A stretch of DNA of 35,450 bases from a virus (taxonomy: Duplodnaviria; Heunggongvirae; Uroviricota; Caudoviricetes): the IMG/VR virus record IMGVR_UViG_3300025389_000018; one strand, given 5' to 3'. Of the stretch, positions 9,471 to 17,959 are shown piece by piece (within the stretch, counting starts at the first letter, position 1; the number at the start of each line of letters is the position of its first letter). The notes beneath the pieces are model-generated. The model saw only the letters and a list, made by a program, of their open reading frames with translations, was not told the origin of the DNA and did not search any database. The position numbers were made by a program, and so were the translations under genes.

Positions 9471-11954
9471 GTGGCAAAATACGGCTCAGTCATTTATGGA
9501 GGCTCCGTCTATGGAGTAGCTCCTAGAATCGAGTACTCAGTAGAGCCTATGACTATTGAAGTCATAAACTTCACTGAGGTTTATTTAACATGGCAACCTC
9601 CTACTGGAACTTTTAGCCAGATTCGTCTTGTAAGAAATCAAGTTGGGTTTCCAGAAACAGAAGAAGATGGAGTAATTGTTTGGCAGCAAACTCTTACGCC
9701 AGTCCAAATTGCTGAGGGTGTAACAGCCATAGATGTTTCTACCGTCTCATACAGAGACGGAGAAGATAATGAAACCACAGTTCAAGCAATAAAACCAGGT
9801 GGTCAGGTCTACTACACGATTTTCCTTTTCACGGCTGACAAAGTTTGGGTGAAAGCGGGCTCAATCTCTGACATCGTACCTGGTGACCACAACAGTCTCT
9901 CTAAAGCAATGGACTTCTTACCTAAAATCTACACAAGCGCAGACCAGAGTCCTATGTCTGAAGTAGACACTTCTTCATCTCTATATGGTTTCATGGGAGG
10001 TATTGGGTTTACTTACGACGAGATGCTTACATACACTGATTTGATACAGCCTTCTCACTCTGCATTGCAGACTCCGATAGAACTTATCCCTATGCAAACT
10101 TTAGGTTTAGGTCTAGCACCTGAGCCTGGGATTCCTGTTAAAAACCAAAAAAAGCTAGTTAGAGAAGCGTATTACATGTACTCGCGTAAGGGTACGCACA
10201 CAGCTGTTCAAACATATGTTGAAGCTCTTACAAATTACCCTGCAACAATAACGACTTCCCAAAATCTGCTTTTGAGTGTTCAAGACTCTACGTTCTATAA
10301 CTCGGTAGGTAACTGGACAGCGACAAACGGGATTCTTACTGCGTCTACGGACCAAGTCCCCTCAACATCAGTCACCACAACAATAAATGGAATAACTATA
10401 AATCCAGTAATTGACACAACTTACTCCTGCAAAGTTGTAGCTAGTGCCTCTGGTTCTATGAAGTTAGGATTGACTAACCCGATAACTACAGGTGCACCAG
10501 TTACGCCAGGTACTACTTACACTCTGTCTGCACAAGTGAAGTCCCCTACAAGTGCTGGAACGATTACTCCTGCTATTTACTTTTATGATTTAACAGGAAC
10601 ACTAATTGGCTCTGCTCATTCAGGTACAGCGCATTCTGCAACTTCTTCTTGGAGTGTAGCTTCAGTCACTGCTACTTCCCCATCTTCAGCTTACTCGTCA
10701 ATTGCAACGTTAGGAACAATTACTCCAGGCACTGGCTACACCAACGGAACTTACACAGGAGTTACTCTAACTACGCTTTCAGGAACTGCACCTTCAGTCT
10801 CACCTATAGCAACGATAGTAGTTTCTGGTAACCAGGTAGCTAGTGTTACTTTGACAGCTAATGGAGCAGGAGTAGACACAACCACTGTACTGACTGCTCC
10901 TGCATCCTCCATAGGCGGAACTGGTTCAGGATTCTCCGTACCAGTAGCCTCGATTACTTCCTACACTTCAGGTGGAACTTACGCTGGCATTGCCTTCTCA
11001 TGGTCAGCTTCTGGTACTTACTACGTAGATATGGTTTGCCTACAATCAGGCTCTTCTGTCTCTTACGACGAAGCTCGTGCAGTCGATGTCTTTGTAAGCC
11101 CTAATAAAACTAACTTCGATAAGAACCCTTCATTCGAACTTTTTAGTGCTGGTGCATTCCCTGGATGGACGGCATCTGGTTCAGTTACTCTAAGCCAAAG
11201 CACAGATGTAACACCTCTTGCTTCATCAGGAACTCATAGTGCCAAAGTTGTAGGGACTACCGCATGGTCCTTGACTTCCGATACTGCCCCCGTTACTCCT
11301 GGCGTTTATTACACTGCATCTATCTTTGCAAAATCTTCTGCACCTCTCCACATCACCATGAACACACGCAACAGTGGAGGAACTATTCAAGACACATACA
11401 CCGCAGTGATTCCTGGTAACTTCACAACAACAATCTCTGGTTCATCTGGAGCATCCACAATCACTGTAGCTGACGCTTCAGGAGTTAGCATTGGTCAGTC
11501 AGTTTCTGGTACAGGCATTGGCTCAAATGCAGTCGTTACTCTAGTAAGTGGAACCACGATTACTCTATCTGTAGCTAACACAGGTACTGTTTCTGGGACA
11601 GGCACTTTCTCTGAACCATGGGAGCGATACAGCGCAACTTTTCCAGTACCAGTATCTACGACTGCTACGACGATTGAGACTGTAATCTCATCTCCTACTG
11701 CCAGCACTACTTACCTAGACTGCGCTCAGCTAGAGCAATCACCTGTAGTAACTGAGTACTTTGACGGTTCATTGCCTACTTACTACGGTGCAGTTTGGGC
11801 TGGTACAGCAAACGACTCTTACAGCTACCTCTACTACGGTAAGCCTCTTAAGCTGCCTCGCCTTGGAAGCACGTTATCTAACTGGTTGACAAACAACACT
11901 TTCTGGAGAATACGTTCCTACGCAGGAGTTGAATACACAAATCTGTTGCCGTAG
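9471..11954 (+). CDS. Baseplate wedge (gpI/gp7-like) fused to carbohydrate-binding-like modules; candidate receptor-binding protein
   Basis: YMYSRKGTHTAVQTYVEAL gpI-like motif; two CBM-like repeats (V.PG..YT.S...K....W......D.VQLE); Thr/Ser/Gly-rich beta content. Confidence 0.7.
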   Translation: MAKYGSVIYGGSVYGVAPRIEYSVEPMTIEVINFTEVYLTWQPPTGTFSQIRLVRNQVGFPETEEDGVIVWQQTLTPVQIAEGVTAIDVSTVSYRDGEDNETTVQAIKPGGQVYYTIFLFTADKVWVKAGSISDIVPGDHNSLSKAMDFLPKIYTSADQSPMSEVDTSSSLYGFMGGIGFTYDEMLTYTDLIQPSHSALQTPIELIPMQTLGLGLAPEPGIPVKNQKKLVREAYYMYSRKGTHTAVQTYVEALTNYPATITTSQNLLLSVQDSTFYNSVGNWTATNGILTASTDQVPSTSVTTTINGITINPVIDTTYSCKVVASASGSMKLGLTNPITTGAPVTPGTTYTLSAQVKSPTSAGTITPAIYFYDLTGTLIGSAHSGTAHSATSSWSVASVTATSPSSAYSSIATLGTITPGTGYTNGTYTGVTLTTLSGTAPSVSPIATIVVSGNQVASVTLTANGAGVDTTTVLTAPASSIGGTGSGFSVPVASITSYTSGGTYAGIAFSWSASGTYYVDMVCLQSGSSVSYDEARAVDVFVSPNKTNFDKNPSFELFSAGAFPGWTASGSVTLSQSTDVTPLASSGTHSAKVVGTTAWSLTSDTAPVTPGVYYTASIFAKSSAPLHITMNTRNSGGTIQDTYTAVIPGNFTTTISGSSGASTITVADASGVSIGQSVSGTGIGSNAVVTLVSGTTITLSVANTGTVSGTGTFSEPWERYSATFPVPVSTTATTIETVISSPTASTTYLDCAQLEQSPVVTEYFDGSLPTYYGAVWAGTANDSYSYLYYGKPLKLPRLGSTLSNWLTNNTFWRIRSYAGVEYTNLLP

Positions 11955-11957
11955 TAT
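11929..11957 (+). promoter_or_regulatory. Sigma70-type promoter (TTGAAT-17-TAGTAT), leaderless geometry
   Basis: -35 at 11929-34, 17 bp spacer, -10 at 11952-57, ATG 6 nt later at 11964. Confidence 0.55.
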
Positions 11958-11963
11958 CGAGGT

Positions 11964-12236
11964 ATGACTGACCTTCTTATAACTACTATTTTGGCAGGAT
12001 TTGCTACTACCTATGTAATTGAGTTCATTGAACTAATCACTTCTGGTTTTTTTGGCATCTCTTTCTTAAAGAAATGGCTTTCCCTACCTCTATGTTTTCT
12101 TGGGGTGTACTCTCAAATGGACTTATCTAGCAAGTTCCTGCTAGGAGTACCATCTGCAACTCTTATCGCCATTGCACTTAGCAAATGGCTAAACAAACCT
12201 AATTTCATAACAACACACCATTACGGTGGGAGATAA
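11964..12236 (+). CDS. Holin-like small membrane protein
   Basis: 90 aa with 2-3 hydrophobic segments, directly after the tail module. Confidence 0.5.
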   Translation: MTDLLITTILAGFATTYVIEFIELITSGFFGISFLKKWLSLPLCFLGVYSQMDLSSKFLLGVPSATLIAIALSKWLNKPNFITTHHYGGR

Positions 12237-12239
12237 CTA

Positions 12240-12833
12240 GTGAACATATCAGTTGTGGCATTCAACAATGAGAAAGTAACAGAGGGCTTATCCCTACTTT
12301 TAAAGGCAAATACTGGAAAAGAAATATTTGTTTTTATTCCAGTAACAGAAGGAGATTTAGACTTTGCACATAGTGCAATAAAAGCATGTAGAGAGCACTC
12401 AGTAAAGATAACAGCAGTTGTAGAGGCCAAGGACGACTTGTTGGAAGAGATTCTCTCCTCAGTAGACTTCGTCCTAGTTTCCGAAAATCCTGTTAAAGAG
12501 ATTATTAACCAACTTCAACCAGGGGATACTTTAGCCGTTGCCTGGGATGGTAGCCCTCAAGCCCACTCCGTAATCCATGCTGTGGAAGACTTGGCTCTTG
12601 ACACATGGGATATCACTGATGGACTAGTCCAAATCGATTCAGAGATTGAGCTATCTGAAATGGACTCAGAAACCTTGCATGACATTATGCACGAGAGCCT
12701 TGGGACCTTTGTAGACGCCTTAACAGCTTTTGTAGCCTCTGCAGTAATGGAGTCTTTAGGACAAGCTATCGCTGAGCACATCCTTCATCCAGACAAGACC
12801 AGAGACATAAATCCCTTTGACGAGGAGGAGTAG
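12240..12833 (+). CDS. Hypothetical acidic protein
   Basis: 197 aa ORF, GTG start with GGGAG RBS; alpha/beta N-terminal domain. Confidence 0.6.
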   Translation: MNISVVAFNNEKVTEGLSLLLKANTGKEIFVFIPVTEGDLDFAHSAIKACREHSVKITAVVEAKDDLLEEILSSVDFVLVSENPVKEIINQLQPGDTLAVAWDGSPQAHSVIHAVEDLALDTWDITDGLVQIDSEIELSEMDSETLHDIMHESLGTFVDALTAFVASAVMESLGQAIAEHILHPDKTRDINPFDEEE

Positions 12834-12836
12834 GAT
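12831..12836 (+). promoter_or_regulatory. Candidate -10 element (TAGGAT) for leaderless initiator transcript
   Basis: TAGGAT then 6 nt (TCTCCC) then GTG 12843; no recognisable -35 at 17 bp. Confidence 0.4.
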
Positions 12837-12842
12837 TCTCCC

Positions 12843-13829
12843 GTGCAAGTCCCTCTAGCGGCTTATTCTGCCGACCTAACCGATTATCAGTTCCGACTTC
12901 TCTCCACCATATGCCTTTTATCGGGCTCAGAAGGCCGATTGCAGGCCTCTGCAGCCGAGTTGGGTACAAAGACTGGCAACGTCAATGAAAAAACCGTCAG
13001 AAGGGCTCTCTTAGCCTTAGAAGAGGCGGGATTCATTTGCCGTACCAGAACTAAGAAAGCTGGAGGCATGAGAGGGGTAGACTTACTGGACATTAGAAGC
13101 CCAGAGCCAAAAAACTGGGCCTCAAATGTCCACACGGACTGGGCCTCAAATGTCCGCGCAACAGCTGACTACGTATCTGGTGGTACTAATAGCCAACAGT
13201 CATTAGTACCTAATAGTCAAGATAGTTATAAATTAAAAGATTTAGAAACCGAAGGTTTCAAAAAGGAGATTCGAGTCTTTATGAGAAAATGGGAAGATGA
13301 TGGAGAGAACTTGGCAGGCTTTGGACTGGTTGAGCCGAAGGATGCACCACAGAAGAAAATCTCAAAGGCTGACCCAAGAACCAGAGGCAAGCGCCCAGAG
13401 CATGAGTGGACTCCAATGGACGTCGCTGCTGAGTTCTCTTACAGAGTTGGCAAGAAGTACCCGCTCCTACCAGGGACAGTCAGCGTCAAGCAACTTGCAG
13501 GAGCACTCTCCAAGTTTAGAAAGCAGTACAACACCACTCCACTGATTGAGTTGGAGCTGCTACGGCTATTTATGGCAGATGAAAGTAACTTTCGAAATAT
13601 CGGGGATGAGGCTCCGTTTTTGTACAAGATTTATCTCTCTTCATTCGGCAAGAAGATGAATCAGGCAAGAGAAAACCTCGGACTTGCTAAAATCACAGCG
13701 AAAGTAGAGACTACTCAGAGTGCAGCGACTCTTATCGCTAGCGATGGTCGCGTATTCCAGAACTCACTTTCTGGACGCAAACAACTGGAACGACACGAAG
13801 AACGACTAAAGGAGAGATTAAATGGCTAA
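12843..13829 (+). CDS. Replication initiator-like protein with N-terminal winged HTH
   Basis: LGTKTGNVNEKTVRRALLALEEAGFI HTH; lies two genes upstream of a DnaC-like ATPase; contains an internal repeat array. Confidence 0.7.
   Translation: MQVPLAAYSADLTDYQFRLLSTICLLSGSEGRLQASAAELGTKTGNVNEKTVRRALLALEEAGFICRTRTKKAGGMRGVDLLDIRSPEPKNWASNVHTDWASNVRATADYVSGGTNSQQSLVPNSQDSYKLKDLETEGFKKEIRVFMRKWEDDGENLAGFGLVEPKDAPQKKISKADPRTRGKRPEHEWTPMDVAAEFSYRVGKKYPLLPGTVSVKQLAGALSKFRKQYNTTPLIELELLRLFMADESNFRNIGDEAPFLYKIYLSSFGKKMNQARENLGLAKITAKVETTQSAATLIASDGRVFQNSLSGRKQLERHEERLKERLNG
13088..13155. repeat. Iteron-like array: one inverted plus two direct repeats
   Basis: ACTGGGCCTCAAATGTCC at 13114-13131 and 13138-13155 (perfect, 24 bp period); GGACATTAGAAGCCCAG at 13088-13104 is a 15/17 reverse complement of the 17 bp core. 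Confidence 0.85.
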
Positions 13830-14130
13830 AAAGAAAACCGCAGTATTCACAGCAACTCTTACTCTGAACCCTGAGAAGGGCGGAGCATGGATGGCTTACT
13901 ACACCGCAACTGTGTTTGAAGATAAGGTTGGGTTGAATACAATTCCAGACTCTAATGGTGTCGGAGGACAGTCAGCGTGGAAGAACGCTTCTGCAGCAAA
14001 GCGCTGGATTAAAGAAAAAGTCCTTGAGAACACACCTAGGAAAAGCGTAAAGATGCTTCCAGTAGAGTTCGATGAGAATGAAAAGCCTATTAGATTTGAA
14101 GGCAAGCTAGAGTACAAAGTAACAGAGTAA
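13822..14130 (+). CDS. Hypothetical protein
   Basis: 102 aa, AAGGAG RBS, overlaps initiator stop. Confidence 0.7.
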   Translation: MAKKKTAVFTATLTLNPEKGGAWMAYYTATVFEDKVGLNTIPDSNGVGGQSAWKNASAAKRWIKEKVLENTPRKSVKMLPVEFDENEKPIRFEGKLEYKVTE

Positions 14131-14148
14131 GTTAAAAAAGGGGGCAAA

Positions 14149-14871
14149 ATGTACGACATAAACTCACTCTCGCCCATGAAGAAACACTGGCTTCTTCGAA
14201 CCTCTAACATACCTAGAAGATTTCTAGGATTAGAGCCGTCTGACATTGTTTCTCATACAGGGTCTTTTTCTCCAGAAGTAAGTACTTGGATTGAGGATAT
14301 CTCTGAGGGAAATGTAATAAAGCAGATTGGCAACATAGGTACCAATGGTGTCGGACTGTTGTTTGATGGAGGACCTGGTATTGGTAAAACTACTAATGCA
14401 GTTGTTGCTGCCATGGAGTTTGTAAGAAGATTGCCAGAGGATGACGCTGAGTGTCAGAAACGTCTAGGAATAAACTCCTCTGACTTCGGTATCTCCTCTA
14501 GGCCAATCCATTACTTGACTTATCCTGAGTTCCTTTCCTTAAAGAAATCTTCATTTGATTTTGAGGGTGAGGACAAACGGAACATGATGTACACGCTTGA
14601 TGGGTTACATGGTAGGTCTAAATTTGACCACCTAAACGTTCGGCTATTAGTCATCGACGATTTAGGGAAAGAATACGGGTCAAAATATGATGATTCTTCT
14701 TTTGATGAAATTCTTCGTATTCGATATGACCGTGGATTACCTACCATCGTAACTACTAACGTTAGATTAGAAGACTGGGAAGCTAAGTATGGAGAAGCTA
14801 TGTCGAGTTTCGCACACGAAGCCTTCATTAGAGTGCCTATAGTTGGTTCTGATTTAAGAGGCGCCAAATGA
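14149..14871 (+). CDS. DnaC/IstB-like AAA+ helicase loader
   Basis: Walker A GGPGIGKT, Walker B LLVIDDLG, R.....PTIVTTN sensor region. Confidence 0.85.
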   Translation: MYDINSLSPMKKHWLLRTSNIPRRFLGLEPSDIVSHTGSFSPEVSTWIEDISEGNVIKQIGNIGTNGVGLLFDGGPGIGKTTNAVVAAMEFVRRLPEDDAECQKRLGINSSDFGISSRPIHYLTYPEFLSLKKSSFDFEGEDKRNMMYTLDGLHGRSKFDHLNVRLLVIDDLGKEYGSKYDDSSFDEILRIRYDRGLPTIVTTNVRLEDWEAKYGEAMSSFAHEAFIRVPIVGSDLRGAK

Positions 14872-15176
14872 AAGGCATGAGCATGAGCACACCTTGGAGG
14901 ACAGTACAACTGTTCCTGTCTGCTCAAGGTGCTGGAGTTTTTGAAGTAGAAGTTGATACTGACACAAAAGAAACCCGTTGTAATTGCCCTGTGTACGAGA
15001 AACGGGGTTCTTGCAAGCACACCATGTTCGTTAACTTAAAGATGCGCATGAATGAGGGTCATTACTCAATCTCTATCCCAGGAGATGTCCCTGAAGAGCT
15101 GGCTGCGGAAGCAAGCGAAGACCCAAAGAAATTTAGGGAATTTGTACTAAAGTACGCTACTGTAGAAGTCCTATGA
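14868..15176 (+). CDS. SWIM zinc-finger protein
   Basis: RCNCPVYEKRGSCKH = CxC-x-CxH. Confidence 0.75.
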   Translation: MKGMSMSTPWRTVQLFLSAQGAGVFEVEVDTDTKETRCNCPVYEKRGSCKHTMFVNLKMRMNEGHYSISIPGDVPEELAAEASEDPKKFREFVLKYATVEVL

Positions 15177-15589
15177 AAAACGGAGACATATCAAATGTCT
15201 CCTCTCCCCAAGTAATCTGCATTGCAGAAGTCGTTTGTACATTGGTTGCAGAGGAGACTCGTAAACTTTTGTCCAAGAAAGTTGAATACAAACTTGGAGA
15301 GATGAACCTTCTTGCCTTGAATAGATTATGGCTTACCTCTAACCAATACGGACTTTCTTTGGAGATGTCTGCTTTTGAAAGTGAAGGTTGGACTGAAGAG
15401 CTTCTAAACAAAGCTTTCGAGAAATTTGAGCGTAGAGTTGTAAATCCCTTTAACTATTGGCAACTTTACGAGGATGTAGATGAGTTAGTGGGTGTGATAC
15501 CGTACCGCCCTAACTTAAAGGGGATAGTTGATATTCCAGCACGTGTAGCACGATACGGCTCAGCAGGAGTAGAGTTAAATAACTTGTAA
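15173..15589 (+). CDS. Hypothetical protein
   Basis: 138 aa, ATGA-coupled to the SWIM gene. Confidence 0.65.
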   Translation: MKNGDISNVSSPQVICIAEVVCTLVAEETRKLLSKKVEYKLGEMNLLALNRLWLTSNQYGLSLEMSAFESEGWTEELLNKAFEKFERRVVNPFNYWQLYEDVDELVGVIPYRPNLKGIVDIPARVARYGSAGVELNNL

Positions 15590-15600
15590 TAGGGGGAAAA

Positions 15601-16860
15601 ATGGCTTCAGATAAAGTTACAAATGAACATCGCTTAATAAGCAAGATAGTTCAAGATAGAGTTATAACTCCAGCATTGCAACGTGGTGTGACTGAATCTT
15701 GGTTCTTAGATGATGCAGATAAAAGAGTTTGGTCTTTTGTTCGTAAGCATTACAGTGACTATAACGAAGTTCCTACTGCTGTAACAGTTAATGACCACTA
15801 TCCAAATTACGACCTTATTGCTGTAGATGACAGCCTAGATTACTTATTAGACACACTTGTTGACTTTCGTCGTCGTTTGCTTACTCGTCAAGGACTAGAG
15901 GAAGCAGTAGAAAACCTACACGCTAAAGACCATGAAGCAGCTTTGCTCTCAATGGAGCAGACAATCACCCGTGTCAATGAGCAAGGTGTGTCTGGAGTCC
16001 ATGAGGTTGATTTAACTAAAAATACGGAAGAGCGTTACAAGAGCTATCAAGCTCTTCAAAATAATGACTTTCTTGGTGTTCCTACAGGTTTTACAAAGAT
16101 TGATGAGGCAACCGCTGGGTTACAAGGTGGTCAACTCATCACTATCATCGCTCCACCTAAGACAGGTAAATCTCAGATTGCTTTGCAAGTGGCTATAAAC
16201 ATCCACCAACAGGGTTACTCACCGATGTTCCAATCATTTGAGATGAACAACCATGAACAACAGCAACGCCACGACGCTATGAGAGCCCACATTGACCATA
16301 ATCGTTTGCGCCGTGGAAAACTTCTTCCAGAAGAAGAAGACCGTTACATAGATGTTCTGAACGAAATGGAAAAAGAGCATTCATTTCATCTAGTTGACGC
16401 AGTCCATGGGATTACTGTGTCAGCTTTAGCAGCGAAAATTGAGCAGACAAAGCCAGACGTAGTGTTTGTAGATGGCGTGTATTTAATGCTGGATGAGATA
16501 ACGGGAGAGATGAACACTCCTCAATCAATTACCAATATCACTCGTGCTATGAAGCGCCTAGCTCAGCGTATTGATAAGCCTATCGTCATTACCACTCAGA
16601 CTCTGTTGTGGAAGATGCGGGCAGGAAAAGTAACGGCAGATTCAATCGGTTACTCATCCTCCTTCTTTCAGGACTCTGACGTTATTTTGGGTCTAGAACC
16701 AGTTGAAGAGGATGAAAGCATTAGGAACTTAAAAGTTGTTGCTAGTCGTAACTGCGGGCCAGCAGAAACCTCTCTTACATGGCGTTGGGAGACAGGTTGT
16801 TTCCACGATGAGTCTCAAATGATGAAGTGCCAATATTGCATGAACTGGTCTACTCGATGA
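15601..16860 (+). CDS. dnaB: Replicative DnaB-like helicase
   Basis: GVPTGFTKID, Walker A APPKTGKS, FEM, VFVDGVYLM, QDSDVILGL. Confidence 0.92.
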   Translation: MASDKVTNEHRLISKIVQDRVITPALQRGVTESWFLDDADKRVWSFVRKHYSDYNEVPTAVTVNDHYPNYDLIAVDDSLDYLLDTLVDFRRRLLTRQGLEEAVENLHAKDHEAALLSMEQTITRVNEQGVSGVHEVDLTKNTEERYKSYQALQNNDFLGVPTGFTKIDEATAGLQGGQLITIIAPPKTGKSQIALQVAINIHQQGYSPMFQSFEMNNHEQQQRHDAMRAHIDHNRLRRGKLLPEEEDRYIDVLNEMEKEHSFHLVDAVHGITVSALAAKIEQTKPDVVFVDGVYLMLDEITGEMNTPQSITNITRAMKRLAQRIDKPIVITTQTLLWKMRAGKVTADSIGYSSSFFQDSDVILGLEPVEEDESIRNLKVVASRNCGPAETSLTWRWETGCFHDESQMMKCQYCMNWSTR

Positions 16861-17801
16861 TTGATATTGAAAAAGTTCTTCTATCCCTAGACTTAAAACT
16901 TACTGCTCAACGCGGTGATGAAGTCCAAGGATTTTGTCCAATGCACAAGGCTAGAACAGGTAAGGAAGACCATAATCCATCTTGGTGGATAAACGGCAAT
17001 ACTGGAGCTCACATATGTTTTTCTTGCGGGTACAAAGGAAATATCTACACCCTTGTCTCTGATATAAAGGGGATGGATTACTTTGATGCAAAAGATTACA
17101 TAAATAGTAACGAAGATTTACCTATTGACTCACTTTTGAAGCGAATTAAAGAACTTCCTATGTATGAGGCTAAAGAGCAAGAGGAAGTTCTTGCAATTAC
17201 AGAAGCTCGATTAGCTGTTTACACAAATCCGCCAGAGAAAGAGCTAAGGAAAAGGTTCCTAGATGCAGAATCAGCAAAACACCACGGGGTCCTCTGGGAC
17301 ACAAAAACCAACTCATGGATTCTCCCTATCCGTGACCCGAACGATTACAGTCTTTGGGGATGGCAAGAGAAAGGAGCAAATGGACGTTTCTTTAGAAACC
17401 AACCAGCAGGGGTTAAGAAGTCTAAGACGGTATTCGGTGTCGAAGTCATGGCAACCGACACTCTCGTAGTTGTCGAATCTCCTCTTGATGTTGTCAGACT
17501 TGCCTCTGCAGGAATTTCTGGAGCCATATCAACTTACGGAGCGATAATCAGTGAAGACCAAGCAAAGATTATGCGCCGTGCCGAGAAGGTCATAGCAGCA
17601 TTTGACAAGGATGCTGCAGGACAGAAAGCATGTGAGCAAATAAAGGTTTATGCACACAAGTATGGTCTTGAACTGTTTTACTTTAACTACAGTGGTATTG
17701 AGGTTAAAGACCCAGGAGACATGACTGTAACCGAGATTCGTCGTGGCATTATGACGGCACGAGACGTTATCTATGGGAAGAAGGCTTATTCATGGACTTA
17801 A
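16857..17801 (+). CDS. dnaG: DnaG-type primase (zinc finger + Toprim)
   Basis: CPMH...CFSC zinc finger, VVESPLD, AFDKDAAG, KDPGD; ATG 16857 overlaps the dnaB TGA. Confidence 0.88.
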   Translation: MIDIEKVLLSLDLKLTAQRGDEVQGFCPMHKARTGKEDHNPSWWINGNTGAHICFSCGYKGNIYTLVSDIKGMDYFDAKDYINSNEDLPIDSLLKRIKELPMYEAKEQEEVLAITEARLAVYTNPPEKELRKRFLDAESAKHHGVLWDTKTNSWILPIRDPNDYSLWGWQEKGANGRFFRNQPAGVKKSKTVFGVEVMATDTLVVVESPLDVVRLASAGISGAISTYGAIISEDQAKIMRRAEKVIAAFDKDAAGQKACEQIKVYAHKYGLELFYFNYSGIEVKDPGDMTVTEIRRGIMTARDVIYGKKAYSWT

Positions 17802-17959
17802 GAGATAAGGATAGGCCATTACATGTTTGCTTATGCGGTTCCACACTCTGGAATGTTAAAGCTATGTTTGAAGATGGGGAAATAAGTCTTTACATGTTAG
17901 ATATGGAGTGTGCGCTTTGCGGGAATTTAGCAACTGCGCCAACCCCTCTAGATGTTTAA
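17792..17959 (+). CDS. 55 aa Cys-rich (zinc ribbon-like) protein, absent from ORF track
   Basis: MDLRDKDRPLHVCLCGSTLWNVKAMFEDGEISLYMLDMECALCGNLATAPTPLDV; fills the gap and overlaps both neighbours. Confidence 0.7.
   Translation: MDLRDKDRPLHVCLCGSTLWNVKAMFEDGEISLYMLDMECALCGNLATAPTPLDV

Noticed and set aside
13088-13155. CRISPR array or mini-array
   Set aside because: Only two direct copies with a 6 bp spacer, inside a coding frame; fits iterons better
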